Below, one piece after another: positions 29,481-38,367 of a stretch of DNA of 64,000 nt; the stretch's first letter is position 1, and every line of letters starts with the position of its first letter. The DNA lies in contig OZ252149.1 in the NCBI GenBank assembly GCA_965248755.1, positions 1,952,001 to 2,016,000 of the forward strand, in the 5' to 3' direction. The notes beneath the pieces are model-generated. The model saw only the letters and a program-made list of their open reading frames with translations. It was not told where the DNA came from and made no database searches. The position numbers and the translations under genes are program-made. The stretch is from Candidatus Latescibacterota bacterium. Lineage in GTDB: Bacteria; Latescibacterota; CBDEFO01.

Positions 29481-30772
29481 TGTAGTGTGCCCCAGGAAAG
29501 CGACACCAATTAAGCAACTTGGGGTAGCAGATAGAATTGTTTTCTTCACTCTTCCGGGGTCTTGTACCCCAGGGATGAATGAAGACGGTTCTTGTTGTAA
29601 TTATCGATCCACTGAGATATGACCTTCTCAGCCTGTTCAAAGGATACAAAATTGTGAAGCCAAACACACTCTTGCTTGAGGGTCCTGAAAAAACGCTCTA
29701 CAACACCGTTCCAATCAGCCTTGCTACCTGGAATGTATTCTTGACGGATCCCCTAATATTTGGTGCTTGCCAAATAGGCCCGAGCCAAAAAGATGGAACC
29801 ATTGTCAGAGCGCAAAGTGAGACCCTGGGGGACAGCCTCCTTGGAAGTGTATCGAGAGATCACGGCCCGATCCAGGGCATCTGTGGCCTCCAGTGCCCTC
29901 CCTCTTCGACTAAAACGATACCCAGGAACCTCCCGACTCCCGTTGTCCACTACCGCAATAAGAGGACACCAACCATCTTTTCCACAATAGATCTTGGTCA
30001 AGTCAGCCGACCAGAGACTGTCAGGACGATCCATCACAGAACGCTTCTGGGCAACCTGTGTCTCCTTTCTCCCGGGACGATTCCACAGCTTACACTAGCC
30101 ATCCCTTAAGCTTCATTATCCTATGAACCTTCTTGATGTTGACACATGCCCCTTCCTTGAAACGAAGATGCGCCCAAACCCGCCTGTGACCAAATGCCTC
30201 TTCTTGGTCGAGTATCCCTCAAATACGAAAAGCAAGCTGTTCATCTATCACAGGCTCTTTGACAGAAGAACTGACACCTCTATCCCTAAGCCTATACAGA
30301 GTCGAACGATGCAAACCCAAAGCCATAGCTACCACCTTGCGGAAATAGCCTCGACCCCAAAACCGTCCACTCAAGACAACCGCTTCGTTTTTTTTAGACG
30401 GGCTGCCCCCGGAGTATCTCCAACTGGAGCGTCAACTGCCCTACCTTGCGCTCCAACCGGCTGACCTCCCGCTCCTTCGGATCCTTGCGACCACGCCGAG
30501 ACTTCAGACTCTCCTGGCCTCCTTCTAAGAAACTATCACGCCAAGCATACGCCTGTGACTGGCTAATTCCATTCTTCCGACACACCTCTGATACATCCAC
30601 TCCACTTAAAAGAGCCAACACAACCTCTGCCTTACGGGTCGCCGTCCAGCGCTTACCATCTTTCACTTCGGGGCTTGACACTGTGACCTCCTTTCCCCGA
30701 TAGTATCACTAGGGGACAAGCCGCAAACCCCAATTTGCAAATTCTTTGTCGCTCTGTCAAGGGGAGCGGTAT
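29481..30772 (-). mobile_element. Degraded IS3-family element (orfA 30394-30681; fragmented orfB)
   Basis: OrfA RWTATRKAEVVL..ERKVGQLT; OrfB WSADLT, LRSDNGS; HSSLGY-like end; imperfect TIRs sharing AGCGACA. Confidence 0.8.
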
Positions 30773-31166
30773 GCTTGTTCATCACCAGCTAACCATAAAT
30801 GCCTTTCGGTCAACTGTATGGCATTGCGGCTAACGTCTTAAGATACCCACCTTGGCTCGCCAGAGTTGCCGGGAGGCGCAGCGCCTGTCGTCGAAGCCGG
30901 AGAGAACCTGGTGAGCTTCACCTGCGACGTTCGAGGGGACATCAATCCGCGAGCCTTTGTGACAGTAATCAGCCGGGGTGAGTCGCTATAGAAACTTCTT
31001 GAATATTCCCTTAACGTTCTGTGAAAAAGTTTTGGCATAGGTGGTCGCAGAGCCTTCACTCCCTGCACTGAGCCAGATGTGCGAAGCGTTTTCCAGGTGT
31101 CTGAGAAACTTTCTCACATAATCTGTCCTAATCATTCCTCTGTCTCAATCATTCCAAGGAGGCCTG

Positions 31167-31190
31167 CCCCCGATTGATTCTATCGGGAGG
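31167..31190. repeat. Palindrome copy 4
   Basis: CCCCCGAT TGATTCT ATCGGGAGG. Confidence 0.85.
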
Positions 31191-31207
31191 GTTGCTTGGC
31201 GTCGCTG

Positions 31208-31246
31208 GCATTGACAGTGCTGACCGTGAAGAAAGAATAGGTAAGA
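31208..31246 (+). repeat. 39-bp direct repeat, copy A (contains TTGACA)
   Basis: GCATTGACAGTGCTGACCGTGAAGAAAGAATAGGTAAGA; 38/39 identical to 33276-33314. Confidence 0.9.
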
Positions 31247-31395
31247 GGGTGAGATTCCCTCAGGATACACGATGAAGCAATGGGAGTCAATGACAGAGGC
31301 TCAAAGGACTCTGCGAAGGCACAAGTGGAAGAATGAGGGTCAGCAAAAGGTTGTATAGATCGGCACAGACACCTCAAATCGATCCTTGAATACTC

Positions 31396-31423
31396 AGCCC
31401 GTCAGAAATGACGGGCTTTCTTT
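31396..31423 (+). terminator. Intrinsic terminator
   Basis: AGCCCGTCA GAAA TGACGGGCT TTCTTT. Confidence 0.7.
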
Positions 31424-31501
31424 GGGGTCATTTACAAGACTGCTCACTTTAACAGAAGTGGGCAGTCTTAGCAACATTAGTGGAGGTAGTGATATGATTG
31501 A

Positions 31502-31725
31502 CTATTCTTTTTTAAAGCCTGCGACAATCCATATTCCGAATAAATAAAGAATAAAACTCACAATTGGAACGCTAATGATTATACCGATTGCCCCTACTAT
31601 ATCGTATCGTGAGAAACTGCCTATTCCTTCGCATAAAACTTCGGCCACCAATGCGAGCACCCATAAGAGCACCCAAATAGCGGATAGAGAAATCAGTAAT
31701 CTCTGAATACCCTTTTCATATTCAT
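31502..31725 (-). pseudogene. Small 2-TM membrane protein, frameshifted near its start
   Basis: Adding one G at about 31710 gives MNMKRGIQRLLISLSAIWVLLWVLAL...IGIIISVPIVSFILYLFGIWIVAGFKKE*. Confidence 0.5.
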
Positions 31726-31770
31726 ATTTGTATCCTTCTAATAATTCACCCCTTAATCGCTTACCAAACT

Positions 31771-32064
31771 TCAGTTTACAAGAATCTTGTCTAAACTCTC
31801 AACCTCCAGATCACTTGGTACTTCTATGTCCGCGCTGTAGTGTTTACGAGGATTATAATCAAAAGGAATAGTACTAGGGTACGATATTGATAAATTTGGA
31901 GGGAAGGTACAAAATAAGATAGGAGATGTCAATTGAAATCGGGCAGGTTTTGTCTCACAACAAAATATCACTCTTAATAAGAATGAATTCCTAAGTAGGC
32001 CAATTCTGGCCTGTCGAATGAAGCCACGAAATCCTATCCCTATTATACTTGCCTGTATAGTCAA
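31771..32064 (-). CDS. Hypothetical protein overlapping the SIR2 stop codon
   Basis: 97-aa ORF with TTGA overlap; no recognisable motif. Confidence 0.3.
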   Translation of the reverse strand: MTIQASIIGIGFRGFIRQARIGLLRNSFLLRVIFCCETKPARFQLTSPILFCTFPPNLSISYPSTIPFDYNPRKHYSADIEVPSDLEVESLDKILVN

Positions 32065-33087
32065 TGAAAAAGGGTAGCATTAATGTACCGGGCGTACTCG
32101 GTCTCATAATTGTCTCCCGGATACATCTCTTCAAGTTCATATGGGAAATAGCCAGACAGACCTTTCCAAAGAGTCATCCCGCAGGGTCTAGTATGAAGAT
32201 CTGCCCTGAACTTTTCGTGATCGTTAGGAGATATGACGTACAACTTAAGTCCATGTTTGGCTATCGAACTGGCAATGATTTCGTTGATGTGTGCGTCACG
32301 AAACCCATACCCGATCACCAGAAGACGCCTGTTCGGGAAAGAGAGAACCTGCTTGAAAGTCTTGAAGTACCAGTCCAATAGCGGTTCGCAATCTATTTGC
32401 TCAGGTTTATTCCTACCTATGACCATAGCATGCTTTCCATCACTCGACAGCCAGTTCTGCGATCCATGCAGTTTCACATAGTGAAACCGGCCAGAGCTGG
32501 ATAGCTTCTCATTGTCATCAACGATGATGTTCTCAATTTTGTCTATTTTCGGGAGGACAATCATATCACTATTGGTCAAACAACGAGTCCATTTTCCATC
32601 CATATCTCGCATGTGATGCGGCAAGCCAGGTTTTGTCAGATGCACAGTGTCAACAAGCAAGGAATACCACCGCTCGACAAAGAGATCCTGATTCAACGTG
32701 AAAAAGTATCCCCTAAGTATTCCCTCCTTTTTCTCCGGCGAAGTTCCCAATGAGCCGATTCACGCCGTAAATGTTCACGGGATATGGCGATTCCGATCCA
32801 GAGGTGAAGTTACGAACGACTACGTCGAGCTTCTCGTATGCTCTGGTAACAGCCTTCATCAAGGCCTGCTGGTCGTCAAACTCATAGTCGCCATAGATGA
32901 CTTTGAAGTAGACTGATTCGTAGTCCAAATCGTCTTTCAGGAGATGGACTAAAGACGGATATCTTTTGACTTCCTGACTGTTGAAGATTTGAGCCCACAT
33001 GTCTTTGGCGAGAAAGCCCCCAAAGTTGTGGGTAAAACCAGCTCCGGTCAGTAAGACAGGTTCGAGGATCTTGAAATTAATTCCCAA
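32061..33087 (-). CDS. SIR2-family (SIR2_2) protein, frameshifted at about 32720-32735
   Basis: LLTGAGF, FFTLNQD, KLHGS and IGYGFRDAHIN sirtuin motifs over two frames. Confidence 0.85.
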
Positions 33088-33275
33088 GGTGTCCTATAAA
33101 ATTATCGAAATACAAATACAGAAACCTGGTGTCCAAATAGTGTCCATAGCCTGTCAACAGTGGTATAAAATCATATAACTTTATAATAATACATAGAAGT
33201 GATAAGATCAAACAAGAATAAGGTCTTATCATCTATATACTTGTTTAATAGTGTCTTATGAGTAATGGTTTTGTC

Positions 33276-33314
33276 GCATTGACAGTGCTGACCGTGAATA
33301 AAGAATAGGTAAGA
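33276..33314 (+). repeat. 39-bp direct repeat, copy B
   Basis: GCATTGACAGTGCTGACCGTGAATAAAGAATAGGTAAGA. Confidence 0.9.
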
Positions 33315-33322
33315 CGGTGGAG

Positions 33323-34858
33323 CTACCAGTGTCTCCATGCCTTCTCGTAATACGACAAAAGCGCAGGCTTGATGAGGGTGTTAAGCTCTGTCTCCACAGA
33401 GTCTATATCTTTGCCGAATGCGAACATGGAAGGGACCGTTTTCGTATTCAGAAATTTGGTAGGTACAGTGATTCGTATATCGTCTATATTAAAGTCCGTC
33501 CTGGAGGCAAGGTTGAATCCCCAATCTCCGAAAGACGGCACGTTCAAGTGGTAAGGGCGCACGATCAATCCACAAGATTCTATCGTCTTGTTTATACACC
33601 AGAAGGCCTCTCTTGCAAAGAAAGGGGACGTGCTCTGGAGCGAGGCGAAGCCTCCTTCTTCTATGTGCTCTTTTAGCATGAAGTAAAAGTGCCTGCTGTA
33701 AAGTTTGTTGACAGACTCGTTGTTCGGGTCAGGAAGGTCTACGGCGATGAAGCCATAAAGGTCTGAAGTAGTTCTCAAGAACTGATATGCATCATGCTGG
33801 ATTATGCGGACTCTACGATCTTCCAGGACTCCCTCATTTAGGTCCGAAATCAGCCGATGCGTCCGGCAGATCTCCACTACGTCCTTGTCTATGTCCACGA
33901 GCGTCACGCTCTCCACATCTGGATATTTTAGGATCTCCCTTAGCGCCAGACCGTCTCCGCCGCCGAGTATGAGAATATTCTTTCTGGATAGAGAAAGAGA
34001 CATTCCCGGATGGACTAAAGCTTCGTGATACCGATATTCGTCTGTGGAGGAGAACTGTATATGTCCGTCCAGAAAGAGCCGCACGTCCTTTTTGGCCTTC
34101 GTCAAAACGATCCTTTGATACGGACTCTGCTTCCTTAAGATAATAGGGTATCTATAGAGCCTCTGTTCTATGTAGTTTTCTACTGGCTCTGACCAGAGGT
34201 AAGCGGCTGTAAGCAGAATAGTGGACAACACGCACAAGAGGCTTAAAAGGCGCACCTTTGATATCTGCCTTTTGTATTTGAACGCACAGGCAAGAGCGAC
34301 CCCGACGTTGGCGATGCCGATTAGGATTGACGTCTTAATGAGTCCTAAATGGGGAAGCAGAATAAGGGGAAAAGCGACCGAACCCAACAGGGCGCCTATG
34401 TAGTCAAATCCGAGCATATTTCCCAACGTTACCCTCAGATTAGAGTTATACTCATCTGCTAGCCTTATAAGGAGCGGAATCTCAAGTCCAATCATGGTGC
34501 CGATAGAGAGGATGAACAGGTACATGACTGGTCTATAGACGCTTGTGTAAGCGTAAGTGGAAAACAGGGCGATGACGGATATTCCCCCGATTGCTCCGAT
34601 AGCGATCTCAATAGAAACAAACTTTTCCAAAAGCTTCGTCCTGACCTTTGTGGATAAAAAAGAACCGATCCCAAAAGATGTCATAAAAAGGCCGATAGTT
34701 ATGGAAAACTGCAGGACGCTGTTGCCCAGAAGATAGGATGAAGCAGTACCGATGATAAGTTCGTAAGTTATCCCGCAGACGGCGATAATCATCAACGTGG
34801 TAGCCAGAAAGGTCAGGGATACTCCCTTTTCGGATTTGTCTGCAGTGGGTCTTTGCAT
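33323..34858 (-). CDS. speE: Membrane-anchored polyamine aminopropyltransferase (spermidine synthase-like)
   Basis: N-terminal TM domain (GITYEL, GLEIPL); QSPYQ, DEYRYHE, LGGGDG and DLPDP motifs. Confidence 0.9.
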   Translation of the reverse strand: MQRPTADKSEKGVSLTFLATTLMIIAVCGITYELIIGTASSYLLGNSVLQFSITIGLFMTSFGIGSFLSTKVRTKLLEKFVSIEIAIGAIGGISVIALFSTYAYTSVYRPVMYLFILSIGTMIGLEIPLLIRLADEYNSNLRVTLGNMLGFDYIGALLGSVAFPLILLPHLGLIKTSILIGIANVGVALACAFKYKRQISKVRLLSLLCVLSTILLTAAYLWSEPVENYIEQRLYRYPIILRKQSPYQRIVLTKAKKDVRLFLDGHIQFSSTDEYRYHEALVHPGMSLSLSRKNILILGGGDGLALREILKYPDVESVTLVDIDKDVVEICRTHRLISDLNEGVLEDRRVRIIQHDAYQFLRTTSDLYGFIAVDLPDPNNESVNKLYSRHFYFMLKEHIEEGGFASLQSTSPFFAREAFWCINKTIESCGLIVRPYHLNVPSFGDWGFNLASRTDFNIDDIRITVPTKFLNTKTVPSMFAFGKDIDSVETELNTLIKPALLSYYEKAWRHW

Positions 34859-34974
34859 TGTAATCGAAAGTTCCGTTAATAAGTGAGACTTCCAGCGTGA
34901 TCCCCGATTCGTCTTTCGAGGCTATACCTAATATACTTCTTAATATCCTAAAATCAAGCGTCTTATGTTGCTCT

Positions 34975-34995
34975 CTCCGATTGAATATATCGGGG
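34975..34995. repeat. Palindrome copy 5 (slightly degenerate)
   Basis: CTCCGAT TGAATAT ATCGGGG. Confidence 0.75.
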
Positions 34996-35187
34996 CTATG
35001 CCTGGTGTGAACAAAAATTCCTTTACATTAGCATGTTTCTTCTATATTTTAAGAATGAGAATACGCCTCCGATATGGACAGTAGGGCAATTCAAAATCCT
35101 AATATTATATAAGAAAAGGAACTATTTGATAGATGTGGTGGAAAAGATAACAGACCTATATAGAGTTCCACTTAAGAAAACAAAAAT

Positions 35188-38100
35188 ATGAAATCAGATC
35201 TAACTTTTATCACAAACGAAGAAAATATAAATCTCTTAGACAGATTTAAGGTGCTCATTAAAGATACCAAGTTCTTTGATGTTTTAGTTGTCTATTTTTA
35301 CACTAGCGGGTTCTACGCACTCTATAAGGCGCTGGAGGAAACACAAAAGATCAGAATTCTTATCGGAATCAGCACAAACAGAAGAACAGTGGAGCATATT
35401 CGGAAATCTCAGCAAGAGGTTATGCAGTTTTCTCACGCAGAAACCAAACATCACTTCTCAGATTTAATCGCAGACGAAATGGAAAATACAGAAGACAGCA
35501 AGCGTGTTGAAGAGGGGGTGGTAAAGTTTTTGGAATGGTTGCAAAACGGGAAATTGGAAATAAAGGCATACCCCACTGAAAATATTCACGCAAAGCTTTA
35601 CGTTATGTCGTTTGAGGAAGGCGACCGCGATGCGGGTAGGGTTATCACCGGTTCAAGCAATTTCACACAAGCAGGATTGGTGGACAATTTAGAGTTTAAC
35701 GTGGAACTGAAAAACCGAACTGATTATGAATTTGCAAAAGACAAATTTGACGAACTTTGGGAGAACGCGGTTGATGTAAAAGACAAATATATTCAGACAA
35801 TTCAAGAGCGAACGTGGCTGAATAACACTATCACTCCCTATCAGCTCTATCTCAAATTTTTGTACGAATATTTTAAAGACGAGATCAGTCGAACCGATGA
35901 AGTGTTTTTCAAATATGTCCCTACCGAATTTAAGAAATTTGAATATCAAGAACAGGCGGTACTCAACGCGAAAAAGATCCTTGAAGAATACGGCGGGGTG
36001 TTCATCTCAGATGTTGTCGGGCTTGGCAAGACCTATATGTCGGCTATGCTTGCCAACCAGCTTGACGGTAGAACACTGGTTCTTGCGCCGCCCGTACTTT
36101 TAGAAAAAGCTAATCCCGGAGGCTGGCCGAATGTCTTTTCCGACTTCCGAGTAGCGGCGGACTTTGAATCATTGGGCAAATTAGACCAGGTTATCAGGCG
36201 TGGCACGGAAAAGTATAAAAATATATTTATCGATGAAGCGCATCGCTTTCGGACGGAATCAAATATTACTTACGAAAAACTTGCCCAGATTTGCCGAGGC
36301 AAAAGAGTAGTCCTCGTTACCGCTACGCCCTATAACAATTCACCTACGGATATTCTAAGTCAGATTAAACTGTTCCAAAACGCTAAGAAGAGCACTATCC
36401 CAAATGTGCCGAATTTAGAATCATTTTTTGGGAGATTAGAGAAGAATGCAAAGGATTTAGACAGACAGAAAGACCACGATAAGTACATCAAGATCACAAA
36501 AGAAAACGCCAAGGCGATTCGTGAGCAAGTCTTGAAGTATTTAATGGTGAGAAGAACAAGGGCAGAAATTGAAAAGTTTTTTAGCGATGACCTGAAGAAT
36601 CAAAAGCTAAAATTTCCCGAAGTGGTGGACCCCGAAGCCGTCTTTTATGAATTGAACGATGACGAAAACAAGATCTTTAACAAGACAGTGGAGCTTGTGG
36701 CCCAAAAGTTCAAGTATGTCCGCTACACGCCTATGCTTTACTACAAAGGTGAAGTGACCCAGCCGGAAACATTGGCGCAAAGGAACATGGGCAAGTTTAT
36801 GAAAATCCTCTTAGTTAAACGGCTGGAGAGCAGTTTCTACGCCTTCAACAATTCTGTAGGCAGATTCATTACTTCCTACGAGCGATTTTTGGAAGAGCTT
36901 GAAAGAGGGAATGTGTATGTCAGTAAAAAGCACACTAATAAAATCTTTGAATTGCTTGAAAATGACGACGATGAAGCAATCCAGAAACTTATAGACAAAG
37001 ATAAGGCTAGAACATATGCAGCCAAAGATTTTAGGAGTAAGTTTAAAGAGGACCTGGCATACGACCTGGGTATTTTAAGAGAAATCCAAAGTCTATGGCG
37101 CGAGGTTGAACGTGACCCCAAGCTCTTGTCGTTTGTTAATCTTCTGTTCTCTCGTACCATTCTGCAAAAGAACAAACTGATCGCCTTTACCGAGTCAAGA
37201 GAGACCGCTGAATATCTGGCAAGGAAACTTGAACAGAACTTTCCCGGCGCCGTGCTTTCATATACTGGCAAATCAAGCGCAGCAGTTCGGGAAAAAGTGA
37301 TCGAAAATTTTGACGCGAGAGCCCGTTTTCCCAAAGACGACTATCGAATCCTCATCTCGACAGAAGTATTGTCAGAAGGCGTCAACCTTCACGCGTCTAA
37401 TATCGTCATTAACTACGATATTCCCTGGAATCCAACTCGGCTTATGCAAAGAGTCGGACGCGTCAACCGCGTTGATGTCACATTTGACAAAATCTACACC
37501 TTCAATTTTTTTCCTACCGAACAGGCAAACGACCAGATCAAGCTCAGAGAAGCCGCTGAAGCTAAAATACACGCATTTATAACCCTTTTGGGAACAGACG
37601 CCCGACTTCTGACCGAAGGCGAGGCTATTGAGTCGTACGAGCTATTTGATCGCCTTATCTCAAAAAATACTATAACTGGTGAAGGCGAGTCTGTGGAAAG
37701 CGAGCTTGAGTATCTGCAAACCATTAGAACTATCCGGGACAACGACCCCGATCTATTTGCGAAGATTAAGCGCCTGCCGAAAAAGGCAAGAACCGCGAGG
37801 CAGCATGATGATGCAGAAAGTCAGCTTTTGACCTATTTCCGAAAAGGCAAACTCCAAAAATTCTTTCTGGTTGGTAACGGAGAGCCAGAGGAGCTTGATT
37901 TTATCAGCGCGGCAAAGCAATTGAAAGTGGAAGAAAACACTGCTCGCGAAAAATTGGGCAGCGGTTTTTACGAGATGCTGGACAAGAACAAAAAAGCGTT
38001 TGAGTTTGCCACAATGGAGGAGGAGCTGCCGGAGTTAAAAAGGAAAGGCGGTCGTGACAGCGCCAGCCAGCTACATAAAATCTTGAAGGCGATGAAAGAT

Positions 38101-38367
38101 TTGAGACAGTTTACGGACGACCAAGAAATCTATCGCAAAAAAGTGATCAAGCAATTGGAAGAAGGCGGCCTGCCAAAGCAGACTACAAAGAAAACGCTTC
38201 AAGAACTGAAGCGGGAGTTAAAAAACGGTGTAAACCCTTTGAAAATGCTTGCGGTCCTGCAAAAGAATATCCCCGTTGAATTTCTGCAGGGCCACATTGC
38301 AGAAGGGGCCGCGCACACCTTTGGTCCAAGAGAAGTTATCTTGTCTGAATATTTGATCGGTGAATAA
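35188..38367 (+). CDS. PLD-nuclease / SNF2-like helicase fusion
   Basis: HAKLY...TGSSNFT PLD motif; DVVGLGKT, DEAH, TATP and QRVGRVNR helicase motifs. Confidence 0.9.
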   Translation: MKSDLTFITNEENINLLDRFKVLIKDTKFFDVLVVYFYTSGFYALYKALEETQKIRILIGISTNRRTVEHIRKSQQEVMQFSHAETKHHFSDLIADEMENTEDSKRVEEGVVKFLEWLQNGKLEIKAYPTENIHAKLYVMSFEEGDRDAGRVITGSSNFTQAGLVDNLEFNVELKNRTDYEFAKDKFDELWENAVDVKDKYIQTIQERTWLNNTITPYQLYLKFLYEYFKDEISRTDEVFFKYVPTEFKKFEYQEQAVLNAKKILEEYGGVFISDVVGLGKTYMSAMLANQLDGRTLVLAPPVLLEKANPGGWPNVFSDFRVAADFESLGKLDQVIRRGTEKYKNIFIDEAHRFRTESNITYEKLAQICRGKRVVLVTATPYNNSPTDILSQIKLFQNAKKSTIPNVPNLESFFGRLEKNAKDLDRQKDHDKYIKITKENAKAIREQVLKYLMVRRTRAEIEKFFSDDLKNQKLKFPEVVDPEAVFYELNDDENKIFNKTVELVAQKFKYVRYTPMLYYKGEVTQPETLAQRNMGKFMKILLVKRLESSFYAFNNSVGRFITSYERFLEELERGNVYVSKKHTNKIFELLENDDDEAIQKLIDKDKARTYAAKDFRSKFKEDLAYDLGILREIQSLWREVERDPKLLSFVNLLFSRTILQKNKLIAFTESRETAEYLARKLEQNFPGAVLSYTGKSSAAVREKVIENFDARARFPKDDYRILISTEVLSEGVNLHASNIVINYDIPWNPTRLMQRVGRVNRVDVTFDKIYTFNFFPTEQANDQIKLREAAEAKIHAFITLLGTDARLLTEGEAIESYELFDRLISKNTITGEGESVESELEYLQTIRTIRDNDPDLFAKIKRLPKKARTARQHDDAESQLLTYFRKGKLQKFFLVGNGEPEELDFISAAKQLKVEENTAREKLGSGFYEMLDKNKKAFEFATMEEELPELKRKGGRDSASQLHKILKAMKDLRQFTDDQEIYRKKVIKQLEEGGLPKQTTKKTLQELKRELKNGVNPLKMLAVLQKNIPVEFLQGHIAEGAAHTFGPREVILSEYLIGE

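Noticed and set aside
29579..30464. Plus-strand ORFs of 176 aa and 113 aa
   Set aside because: Antisense to the degraded IS3 transposase.
30820..30990. Integron attC-like or structured RNA element starting GCGGCTAAC
   Set aside because: No matching GTTAGC-type end and no recognisable RNA family; left unassigned.
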